Assembly (NCBI GenBank): GCA_973895155.1
Contig: OZ316894.1
Span: forward strand, 2,186,457 to 2,250,456
Length of the DNA: 64,000 nt
Direction of reading: 5' to 3'
Origin: Marsupella aquatica
Taxonomy: Eukaryota; Plantae; Marchantiophyta
Position 1 is the stretch's first letter. The number at the start of each line of letters is the position of its first letter. The notes beneath the pieces are model-generated. The model was not told where the DNA came from, did not search any database, and was given only the letters and a program-made list of their open reading frames with translations. Both the position numbers and the translations under genes were made by a program. This document shows, one piece after another, positions 27,130-37,718 of this stretch.

Positions 27130-29275
27130 TTGTAAAGTTGAAAGATGTCTCTCTGGCCTTTCTCCAAAAAACTAAAAATAAAAATGTAACTGTGCTCTAT
27201 TTTACGTGATCAGGAAACAGGCCGGACATTTATAGTAAAGCGTTCACAAATTGACACTGCAAAATGTAGCCTGTTGACGGTGCAGTGCAAATCTTTGAAG
27301 GCTTGTCTGTGGCAAGTTTAAAAATAAAAAAAGCAACTGTGCACAATTTTGACGTGATCCGAAAATAGGCAAGACACTGCGGAGTAACGCGTTCAAAAAC
27401 TGACATTGTAAACGTAGCCTGTTGACGGCGTAGACAGTGCAGATCTTTGAAAGCCTGTCAGTTTCCACTCCAAGAAATAAACAATGAAAACTGTAAACAT
27501 GCACAGTTTTACACATGAATCCGGACACAGAAAGGACTTCTAGAGTGACGCGTTCAAAACCTGACAGTGTAAACGCAGCCTGATTACGGTGCAATGCAGG
27601 TCATTGAAGGCTTGTCTATTGTCTTTCTCCAAGAAACAAACAAAGAAACCTGTAAACATGCACAGTTTACACATGATCCGGACACAGGAAGAACGTTTAG
27701 AGTGTCGAATTCAACACCTGACAGTGTAAACGAAGCCTGTTGACGGTTCAGTGCAGGTCTTTGAAGGCTTGACTGTGGCCTTTCTCCAAGAAATAGAAAC
27801 AGAAAACTGTAAATATGCACAATTTACACATGATCCGGACACAGGAAGGACGATTAGAGTGACGCGTTCATAACCTGACAGTATAAAAGTAGCCTGTTGA
27901 CAGGTCGTTGAAGGCTTGTCTGTGGCCTTCCTCCAAGAAATAAACAATGCAAACTATATATCAAACTGTAAACATGCACAGTTCACAAATGATCCGGACA
28001 CAGGGGACGGACGTTGGGAGTGACACATTCAAAACCTGACAGTGTAAAATAATCCTGTTGACAGGTCGTTGAAGGCTTTTCTGTGGCCATCCTCCAAGAA
28101 AGAAACGATGCAAACTTTAAACATGCACATTTTTACACATGAACCGGGCACAGGAAGGACGTTTCGAGTGCCACATTCAAAACCTGACAGTGTAAAAGCA
28201 GCCTGTTGACAGGTCGTTGGAGGCTTTTCTGTGGCCTTCCTCCAAGAAGTAAACAATTCAAACTGTAAACATGCACAGTTTTACACATGATCCGGGGCAG
28301 AGGAAGGACGTTTCGGGTGACACATTCAAAACCTGACAGTGTAAAATCAGCCTGTTGACAGGTCGAAGAAGGCTTTTCTGTGGCCTTCCTCCAAGAAATA
28401 AACAATGCAAACTGTAAACATGCACAGTTTTACACATGATCCGGGGCACAGGAAGGACGTTTCGAGTGACACATTCAAAACCTGACAGTGTAAAATCAGC
28501 CTGTTGACAGGTCGAAGAAGGCTTTTCTGTGGCCTTCCTCCAAGAAGTAAACAATGCAAACTGTAAACATGCACAAATTTACACATGATCCGGGGCACAG
28601 GAAGGACGTTTCGAGTGACACTTTCAAAACCTGACAGTGTAAAAGCACCCTGTTGACAAATACAAATTGTAAACATGCACAGTTTTACACATGATCCGGG
28701 CACAGGAAGGAAGTTTCGAGTGACCCGTTCAAAACCTGACAGTGTAAAATCAGCCTGTTGACAGGTCGAAGAAGGCTTTTCTGTGGCCTTCCTCCAAGAA
28801 ATAAACAATGCAAACTGTAAACATGCACAGTTTTACACATGATCCGGGGCACAGGAAGGACGTTTCGAGTGACACATTCAAAACCTGACAGTGTAAAATC
28901 AGCCTGTTGACAGGTCGAAGAAGGCTTTTCTGTGGCCTTCCTCCAAGAAGTAAACAATGCAAACTGTAAACATGCACAAATTTACACATGATCCGGGGCA
29001 CAGGAAGGACGTTTCGAGTGACACTTTCAAAACCTGACAGTGTAAAAGCACCCTGTTGACAAATACAAACTGTAAACATGCACAGTTTTACACATGATCC
29101 GGGCACAGGAAGGAAGTTTCGAGTGACCCGTTCAAAACCTGACAGTGTAAAAGCAGCCTTTCTCCAAGAAATAAACAAACGAGAACTGTAAACGTGCGCA
29201 ATGTTTACCGGGACCGGAAACCGGCCGGGAGGTTTTACAGTGCGTTCAGAAAACGTAGCCTGTTCTGTTGACGGT
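27130..29275. repeat. Tandem minisatellite/satellite array, ~15 units of ~149 bp (older ~158-bp and deleted 106-bp variants), with a 403-bp higher-order repeat
   Basis: The unit anchor AACTGTAAACATGCAC recurs at ~27490, 27649, 27806, 27964, 28113, 28261, 28410, 28559, 28665, 28813, 28962, 29068 and 29184. Confidence 0.95.
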
Positions 29276-29906
29276 GTAGTAGGAGTAGTTAGTGCAAGTT
29301 TTTGAAGGGTTGGTGCCTTTCGCCTTCAGTCGTCGCTCTCCACGTCTTCGGCGGCATCAGCAGCGTAGCGTAGTGTACAGCCGCGGTCCGCCAGACAGAC
29401 CGCGAGAGCGGAGGCCGCGGGCGGGAGAGCGAAAGGGGACGAAACAGACTTCTTCTTCTCCTTCCTTCTTACGGAGTCCGGTCCGTCCTCTGCCTCGCTC
29501 CCTCGTTCCGGGTAAATCTGCGGATTGCCCGATTGCCGCTGAATGCTGCTGACTGACTGTCTGATGAAGACGAGGAAGACGAGGATGACCAGGGGGAATT
29601 GTCGAGCGAACCGATGAACAGGGCAAGGTGATGCACTGGGAAAGAACCCATCGAGCCAATTGCGGAACACCCATTTTCCCAGGCACGAGGAAATTCTGTC
29701 AGTTTGCACATTGTTTTTTTCCCGTCCTCCGCGCTCCACTCGCGCGAGCAGGCCGTCGCGACACTCGCGGCACTGCGATACATACACCCTCTCTGTCGGG
29801 TCTCGGGCGCTCTCTCTTCGTGCTCCCTCTGCGTTGTGGATTTGTTCCCTTTTCCCTTATCTGTTTTGTTCTTCCGTATTCCTTCGTTCGTCATTGTTCT
29901 GAGTTG

Positions 29907-30142
29907 CTTCGTCATTCGTCGTCGTTTTGTGTCAATCCTTCTTCTCCTATTGGTGGTTGCGTGGCCAGGAAGCTCGAGTTTGGCAAATTCGAAATTTCGT
30001 CCTCCCGGCTGCAGCCTCTTCATTCTTGCTTGTACCTGACTTGTTCCTTCGTGATTCGTCGTCGTTTTTGTGTCAATCCTTCTTTTTGGTTGTTTATTGT
30101 ACGTGGCTAACTTGAGCGGTTTAGCAAATTCGGAATTTCGTC
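29907..30142 (+). repeat. ~140-bp-period direct repeat (2 copies)
   Basis: CTTCGT.ATTCGTCGTCGTTTT(T)GTGTCAATCCTTCTT...GCAAATTCG.AATTTCGTC at ~29907 and ~30047. Confidence 0.7.
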
Positions 30143-32405
30143 TGTACTACATGGTACACAAGCTCCGTAATTGTGCGATATAGTGTAATTATGAAAAGGT
30201 GGAGTGAATAGGGCCGCCCGATCTCCCCCTGGGGCCCTCCCTCCTCCCTCGGGCGTGGGGGGGCAGGACGGGAAGGGACCAGCCACCTGCTTCATGCAGC
30301 CTGCCTGCATTCCTGCTTGTCTGCAGTCTTGCGAATCCAAGGGCGAAAATGACGATCTCGTCTTCTTTACGGAGACTGTAGGCACCCGTAGAGTTCCTCG
30401 AGTCTGATGGAGTTGGGGCATCAGCGGTGTAATAATGATGCCTCGATCTGGACGACTCGACTCTCTTGATCGTCAGTCGGTCCATTCAGATCGTTCCTCC
30501 CGTCGCGTGCGTTATGTTACGACCATCATCACATTCCCATAGAGTAGCAGTCTAGTGAGCAGTAAGTAGTTTTCACTTTGCCCGGAAGAAATTTTATTAA
30601 TCCGGTTGGATTTTGGAAGATTCCAGCCAAGGTCCGTTTTGTTCTGGATTTGTTTTGAAGCGACTTCTTCGAGGGGAACACGAAGAAGAAGCGGCAGAAG
30701 CACTGAGCGCGTGTGGGTGCGGTGAGAGTTGAATCCTGTGTGAGAGGGAGAATTGAAGAGTTCGTCGTTGGAGGGACTCTTTCTTCGTACACAATTGGAA
30801 ACACCCGATCTATATTTACGAAATACTTGTGTCGCCGTTAGATCCTCCTCCTCTTCCTTCAGTTGTAGTGGTTGGGGGAGGGCAACGCTTGTCCAAATTA
30901 GTGACAACTTCTTATGCTCTGCTGCCCACGCGGATGACGATTGTCAGTTGACTGATAACTGGGCGGACTGACTCCGCTGGAATGGATTACAAAGGGAAAG
31001 GGACCGACTGGAGGACAATTTGATGAAGTTCTTTTTTCCGCGAAGGAGGAAGAGGAGGCTGTTGTTGTCTCTGCTGCGATGTTGATGCTGCCTGCGACTG
31101 GCTTAATGCGGTGTACGTGGTCACATCACTGAAGAAGAAAGAGGCTGGAGCCTAGAGGAGGAAAGGTCTTGTCATTACATAGTGGTACAGTATTATTATT
31201 ATTCCGGGTCGAAATCTCTCAATCTCTCCCCCTCCCGACCAGTGACAACAACTTGTCGCCGCGGCCGAACACAAATACCGTCTGTTGCCATTCTGTTACT
31301 TCCAATTGTTGCAGATCGCGCCGCGCGCGGGTACAGAGGTTCTTTCCGTATAACTAAATCAACGCCCAATCACTCGCTCTGTCTATCGCCCTCGCCTTTG
31401 CGCCTCGAGCACTGCAGCTGGAATTGTTGTCTTCTCCTACTCTTCCTCTTTCCGTTCTTTCATCATCATCAGCGTACATATATGCAATCGACCTCTTCGG
31501 CTTCGAGCCGCCTTGTTGCGATCTTCGTAAGAGGAGGAGGAATCATAGGAAGGGAGAGGCGGGGTTTTCTTCTCGTAGTAGGAGGAGGTTTCTACAGGCA
31601 TTTCGGCCCTAGAAGCTGGAAGAGAAGTCGGACCATCGTCAGCGAGAGCAACAGAGCATTTATGCCCGGGTGATCGATGACAGCAGAGCAGCGCAGAGCG
31701 CAGTGGACTGATTGGCGGACTGACTGGCGGGCTGTTGCATATCTTATGAGGTATAATTTGTTTCCCTTGCTATCTATCCTTCCATCATCGCAAAACTCTG
31801 CTGACGACCCCAGAGTTCCGACAACCTGTCCGTCCAGAACATAACCTCCAGATGTGTGAGTTCCACAACACTCTGTGCTCGGTCGTCCCATAGGCTCTGA
31901 TCTCTAAAGCCTGTTCGATTAATTCCATGCTGATGATGAACGAGTTCGATGATGATAATGAACTCCAGATTGCAACCCCTTCGTGTTCTGGTCTTATGGT
32001 CTACTTTTAAATCTGCCCTGTTTCCCGAGCATCCGTCCATCCTTCTCTGGCTTGCTTTCGTCTGAGATATTTCCTGATCAAGTACGGACGAGGAGTTCGG
32101 CTCGGTCGTACATTGGGATCGGCCAAATCTAATTCATCGAACTATTTGTTTTGCCGCGTGGGGGTTCCTTGTTGGCACTTGTTAATCTTCGCGAGGGTGG
32201 ATGGATTCGAATTGTCTACATTCGTCGGTGGATTGTGTCCTTTGTTGTCTCTATGTATTGTTAGGCTTTTCCTTGAAGGGAAAAACAGGATTTGAAGGAA
32301 ATGACTGTGGCAGCGTCACCGATTCGATTCACACCAGTAGGGAACGTGCTCGCCAATCAATCAAATCAAGCAGTCAAATCAATTGTATGGAGTGTTTCTT
32401 TCCGG

Positions 32406-32457
32406 GTAGTAGTAGTAGCAGTAGTAGTAGTAGCAGGAGGAGGAGGAGGAGGAGGAA
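32406..32457 (+). repeat. Compound microsatellite (GTA)n(GGA)n in the upstream leader of the 33004 gene
   Basis: GTAGTAGTAGTAGCAGTAGTAGTAGTAGCAGGAGGAGGAGGAGGAGGAGGA seen directly. Confidence 0.9.
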
Positions 32458-33003
32458 GTGGTTGTCGCTTCTTGGCTGGCAGGCAGGGCAGATTACAGAT
32501 TACGTCGTCCGACCAACCGACTCCCTCCTTATTACAGAGCATTTCTCGTTTCGGATTTGATCAATAAACCTACTTTGCAGACGTAATGCGATGCAAATCC
32601 AGACGGGCTCAGAACTCGGAAGCCATCGGGGCCCCAGGAGTTTTGGCCTAAACGCATTTCGGTTCCCCTAACTGTCATGTGCGAGTCAGTGTGTTTGGAC
32701 GTACGGAAAAGATGGAGACATTGTACTGTACCCGTGTAGCCTCCTCGTGCGTTCCGCTCTTCCTCAATCGATCTAGTCTCGTCCAGCGGAGTCAGTTCGT
32801 GAGTGTGGTGCTGCAATCGTGTAGACATTGAGATTCGGGCTGACTTGCAATTCGATTCTCGTTCATTTCTGTGTCCAGGATGACAGATGTCTACACCGAT
32901 CTGGGGATAGATCTGGAAAGGAATATTGCGTAAGCTTTCTTTGGTTTGTTGGTTTTGAAATAGGGGGGGGACCACATAGGGACCACATAGATAGGGGCAC
33001 ACA

Positions 33004-34509
33004 ATGGAGAGCTTTGCAACACCGTACCCTGTTCTTTTTTACGACGGGGAGCAGGAGCACGACAAGGGACATGTGGGCTTACACTCCGTGCTGACGTTCA
33101 AGCGATTTCAGGCGCTCGTGGCCCAGAAAACAGGAATTCCAGCCAACCAATTGTCCTCTGTTTTTGTTTGTCGGAGAACTCTGAAGGACACGGAGAAAAG
33201 GCAGAAGCTTCCCATTAATGAGAACACCAATTTCAACATCATCCTTAATCAACATAATCCAAGCCGGGAACGAGATTGCCACTTCCTCGTGTCAATGAAG
33301 AAATCGAAAAAGGAGCGGAAGGGCGGCAGTACAAGGAAACGGAGCGCCGAGGCCGAAAATGCAGATGATGATGATTCGACCTCTTCCCGCGGCGATCTCT
33401 CCCCTTCAGACGAACGGCCAAAGGTCGGTAGTGTAGATGAGACCTTTTCCCCGGAAGTAACATCTCCTCGAAGTTTTCTGGAGCGGCCTTCGTCTCCAAC
33501 TATCAAAACTGCATCTAGTAATGGGAACGGTCAGAAGGCAAGTAGTATTGGATCCCCGAACGGAAAGCTGCCCTTGGGCGTAGTTGAATACAAAGTTGAG
33601 AGAACACTACTGCGGCGGGAAGGTGCCGGGCAAAATGGGTTTGCCAGTCCAAGATCATCTAGTGGGGGAGCAACGGGTCAGCGGGTGGAAGGATTTAGTG
33701 TCACTTCGAATGCCGCTGCAGGTGGGAAAGGCGAACTGCACATAGTAGGGCAAGCTGCGAACGGATCCATCCAACAATTGGATGATAGGAGGAAAGTGGA
33801 CAAGCAGTGGAGACAGTCGAGTCCAGTCTTAGACGACAATGGGACGTTAAGGCAGAATGAGAAGGCAGCAAATGGTCACGTTCACCCGGCAGCAGGGCAA
33901 GCCACATCGTTAAATAATCACTCTTCTTCCAGGTCCGATTTGTTCAATCAAGATAGGTTCAATGATTCCATCTCACAGGCGCATGGGTTGAGACCACCTT
34001 CGGCTGTCATGGCAAGGGGAAATGGTGTACCTGTGGGATCTTCTACAGCTGCTGGGGCCCTTCAAAGAAATAGCTCCCTGTTGTCCTTCTCTAATGGTGT
34101 AAGGCCAACAACTCCAATCTCTTCTGGTGCTACCACAGCGGGGAATTTCATTCCAAGAGTTTCAATGAGCAGTGGCTCTGCCGTTGGAAATGCAACTGGG
34201 GGTCTAACGCTACAGCAAGCTCAAGCTCATATTTCACACATGCAGCAGCTACATCAATCATCCTTGACAGGAACCATGAGCCCACTCGAGCTCTCGAAGC
34301 TGAATGGGATGTTACGTGGATTGGTGGCAAGGGATAATCGAGAGAATGCGAAGGTTTGCAAATTGTGTTGCATCTTACGAGAGAAAAATAGTGGGCCACC
34401 TCCGTTCCACTGGTGTGTAGATGACACCATTACGAAAGGCTTTAGGGGTCCATCTCCCGCTGGACCCATCGGAAGACCTGTGAAACGTCACGTGGAAGCA
34501 GCAGCTTGA
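33004..34509 (+). CDS. Intronless 501-aa plant-specific protein of unknown function (DUF7138-like N-terminal domain, disordered middle, C-terminal CxxC...H-x-C motif)
   Basis: Long ORF with ACAATGG start context. N-term PVLFYDGE...LTFKRFQALVAQKTGI...KLPINENTNF...DCHFLV-KKSKKERK and C-term CKLC...FHWCVDD-ITKGFRGPSPAGPIGRP match my recollection of this land-plant family. Confidence 0.85.
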   Translation: MESFATPYPVLFYDGEQEHDKGHVGLHSVLTFKRFQALVAQKTGIPANQLSSVFVCRRTLKDTEKRQKLPINENTNFNIILNQHNPSRERDCHFLVSMKKSKKERKGGSTRKRSAEAENADDDDSTSSRGDLSPSDERPKVGSVDETFSPEVTSPRSFLERPSSPTIKTASSNGNGQKASSIGSPNGKLPLGVVEYKVERTLLRREGAGQNGFASPRSSSGGATGQRVEGFSVTSNAAAGGKGELHIVGQAANGSIQQLDDRRKVDKQWRQSSPVLDDNGTLRQNEKAANGHVHPAAGQATSLNNHSSSRSDLFNQDRFNDSISQAHGLRPPSAVMARGNGVPVGSSTAAGALQRNSSLLSFSNGVRPTTPISSGATTAGNFIPRVSMSSGSAVGNATGGLTLQQAQAHISHMQQLHQSSLTGTMSPLELSKLNGMLRGLVARDNRENAKVCKLCCILREKNSGPPPFHWCVDDTITKGFRGPSPAGPIGRPVKRHVEAAA

Positions 34510-37364
34510 GTGGGATTGAAGCTATTCGAGGTCGACTCCAGCAGCTTCTTATAGAGTGTAAAGTGATTCCATAGACGTCTCACTGCGTGATGTGTGGCTG
34601 GCGGTTTTGGTAGTCCTTATGACCCATAGCCGGAAAAGTTGTTCGGTAATGACTTTTCAGTCGCAAACTGAGGAGTTGCCCATACTCTGTATTATGAACC
34701 ATACTTGATCAGACGTTTGCTCTCCGTTGAAGCCGGACTGTTTCTGCCTCTATGATAGGCTTTGCTTCATTACCTATGCATCAAATTTTCTTATGTTTTT
34801 CAAATGCTTTCTGAAGAGCATCTAGATTTCTTGGCCTCCACTTCTAGGTCCTCGCTTTGTTAAGTATATGTTCATGTTTGCCAAAAGCTTCTTAACGTAA
34901 TAGTGTGCTGGGAGACACTGAAGTATATGGTATCGGTGAGTTGGATATCCTGAGAAGAATTAAATGCTCACGTTTGCGGTTGTACAAGATATTGACGTGT
35001 CAAGTACGCTCTTCAATGATCTGCCAGTCGAGTATTGCGGAAACTTTTTTCTTCTTGCAATAATTGTCATGTTCTTTCCTGAAGCAATGCGAGGTCTGTG
35101 ACATGGTTTTAGATTGCTAAAGGTTGCAGTGTCATAGATGTTCAAGTGGGACCGGCAGATTCCTGAGGAGCACCCTGTCAGCTCTGTTGCCAGAGAACAT
35201 TCGCTTCTCGAGATTGGACCTCAGCGCGAACGGATTTCACTTCAGAAGGTTACCATCATTTTGCGCTGTCCGCTGTGATGCCAAGATAGTTTGAGCTCGG
35301 AGACTAGATGTTGATCACCATCATGGCCGCGTTTATGTTACTGACTATGTTGCAGCTTTCCGGGGTTACGCAATGCTACATACAGCTCCATCAATCTGTA
35401 TCAATCTGTGAATAAACCTTTTTGAACTATGGAAAGAGCTTACATCGAAAATTTGTGTCGAGGCTTTATCATCATTTCCCCTGTGTTGGCCTTTCTGGTA
35501 ATGACGGTTGAAGACCTGTTTGAGAGACGGAGAAGCTGAGGCGGAATCGTGAGAAAATTTGGTTCAAATGGCACCGTTCACAGGTTCCTTCTGAGCAAGT
35601 CCGAAACAAGACGAGGGATTGGGGAGTTGGATCTCTTGTTTCTGTTACCTTTCAGTTCTCGTGCCTGAATTTGGTATTCACTTTTAAAGGTCACATTTTT
35701 TGTCGATCTATATAATTGTTATCTAAATTCTTCTTTCGTTGGCGGATTTCCCCTGCATCCATCTGCTCCTGTCGCAATTCCTCATGTCATGTCTAGCACA
35801 CACACTATGCCCTGGAGACGTTCGGGAGATGGGGGTGTTTTTGGCATCCATCCAAGTCATGGATGAGAGCACTACTGAGGCGGCAAGAAGACCAGAAGTG
35901 AGGATGTTCTAGAGTCGTTTTTCAAGGTCCGTATGCGGTTTGGAGAACTTACTATAGGATCTGTCTGGAGTCGATCTCAACCTCACTAAAGTACTCAGTG
36001 AGAATGAAGCATTCTAGATGGATTTCCGTGCTATAAGTTCGACACGTTGATGATGGACAGATATGGTGAATGTTAAGATTACTCGCTGTCGATACCAAAT
36101 TGAAGATAGACAGCTGACTGGAAACATCGTCCAATCCAAAAGAAAAGTTTAAAGGATGTCCGGTCGTCTCATTTTGATTGATAAGCTCCTGGCATTGGTC
36201 GCTTTGTATATATTATCATAATTCGGGAATTAGCATCGTGGGTCAATACTTCCCTCTTACCTGACAGGGTCTCGAGCTTGATCTGGCTGTTCTAGTCAAA
36301 TCCCTGAATCTGCTACAGAGCTCTGTAAGCAGCCAAGAACAGAGTTGAGGTTTTCCTCTTGGAAACATAACCAAGCGGTCTGTAAACAATCATCTGTGAA
36401 TGTTCATACTTGAAGCCGCACATTACAGCTGCAATCGTACTCGTCATCCCTCACCGTGGGTTCGTGACCACATGGGCCTAAATTAAGGAAGTCTGTAATC
36501 TCAACCACCATAGGAAGTCAGCAGGAAATACATGAGTGTGGCTCACCTCTTCTTCGGGATAATGACCTACCAGACTTTCCAGAAGAGTTCTGGTTGATTA
36601 AACCATGCGCAGTAATCTGAATTGCCCTTCTTGTCCTCGCCACATTCTACTAACGATGCAACACAAGTCACGTTCCAGCTGTGGAGGACACCTGAGAGGA
36701 TGCAGGACTGGATAGACAGAATCACAGGACTTCTGGTAGTGTAGACTTCTGGTACGTTACTCAACAGGATTTTGCAAAATCTCAAGGAATTTCATTGCCG
36801 AATACATTCTCGGGTTGAAAGGTCGTAAGCAGGTCTGACTTCAGCAAATTATACAAATACATTTCTACAAATCTTCTCTAGATTTCCAATTCACGGTGCC
36901 AGAAATTCAACTTTCATCCGCGTCAACAATCTGACGTCAACTATCTTGCACAAGCCTGCGTACACCCGCGTTCGATTATTTTATTTTGAATTTATCTCAG
37001 AGACGTCATTTGTACGCAACGCTGAAGCTCCAATCGTTTACTTTATTGGAATTCCCCTCAAAAGTGACTTCAACGCAACTCAAGCGATCGCCGTCCAACA
37101 ATTGTTCAAATTTTCTCAAGTCCGGGGGGCAACCCCACGGCCTACCGTCGATCAATCAGTCTATTCTTATTGTTTGCTTACTAGCTATTTATTTTTCTGA
37201 AGGGTGATGAAGCAAAGCTTTCTTTGCCGACTCTTTTCGTCACTCTGCCACAGCTCAATCATCGCGAGTAAAGTTAGAATTTAAAATTTAGGATTAAAAT
37301 ATGTCTTCTTAATATAGAATTCAGGATTTAGACAGAGCACGTGACAGTTTTTTCAATTTACCAA

Positions 37365-37412
37365 CCTCCCGGCAGGAATTCCGTTGTCCTGCCGGGAGGA
37401 ACTGTATACTAG
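37365..37412 (+). other. GC-rich 13-bp perfect hairpin followed 9 nt later by CTAG (Helitron 3'-end-like)
   Basis: CCTCCCGGCAGGA-9 nt loop-TCCTGCCGGGAGG (37365-37399), then CTAG at 37409-37412. The next base is C, not the canonical T. Confidence 0.35.
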
Positions 37413-37587
37413 CTACTTACAATTGTGATTGAGCTTCACAGCCGCCACAATTCAATTACCTCCGAAGGTTCTGAAGATTAGCGTAGGATTACCATTTCTT
37501 ACAAGAGATCCCACAGCTGTTTTGGAGCACCTCAGTTCCGGAAGATTCTGACTCCGTAGATTTTTGCAATTGATCCTGTGCAGCGTC

Positions 37588-37718
37588 TTGGGTGAAAGAA
37601 AGCACCGAATGCTAAGTTCGTCGATCCACACACAATCAAATATAGAAGCACTTCGTTTGGGTGAAAGAAATGACTGAATGCTAAGTTCGTCGATCCATTC
37701 ACACCAAATAGAAGCACT
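37588..37718. repeat. ~69-bp tandem duplication
   Basis: TTGGGTGAAAGAAA...GAATGCTAAGTTCGTCGATCCA...TAGAAGCACT twice. Confidence 0.8.

Noticed and set aside
27244-29178. Multiple Cys-rich repeated ORFs (MFISWRKATEKP...) on the minus strand
   Set aside because: Translation artefacts of a 149/106-bp array whose unit length is not a multiple of 3, so frames shift in every unit.
27130-29275. CRISPR-like array
   Set aside because: Whole units repeat with no unique spacers, no cas genes are present, and the context is eukaryotic.
29292-33002. Many overlapping 60-184 aa ORFs on both strands
   Set aside because: Low-complexity GC/CT-rich leader sequence with no domain or consistent frame; treated as non-coding or uORFs.
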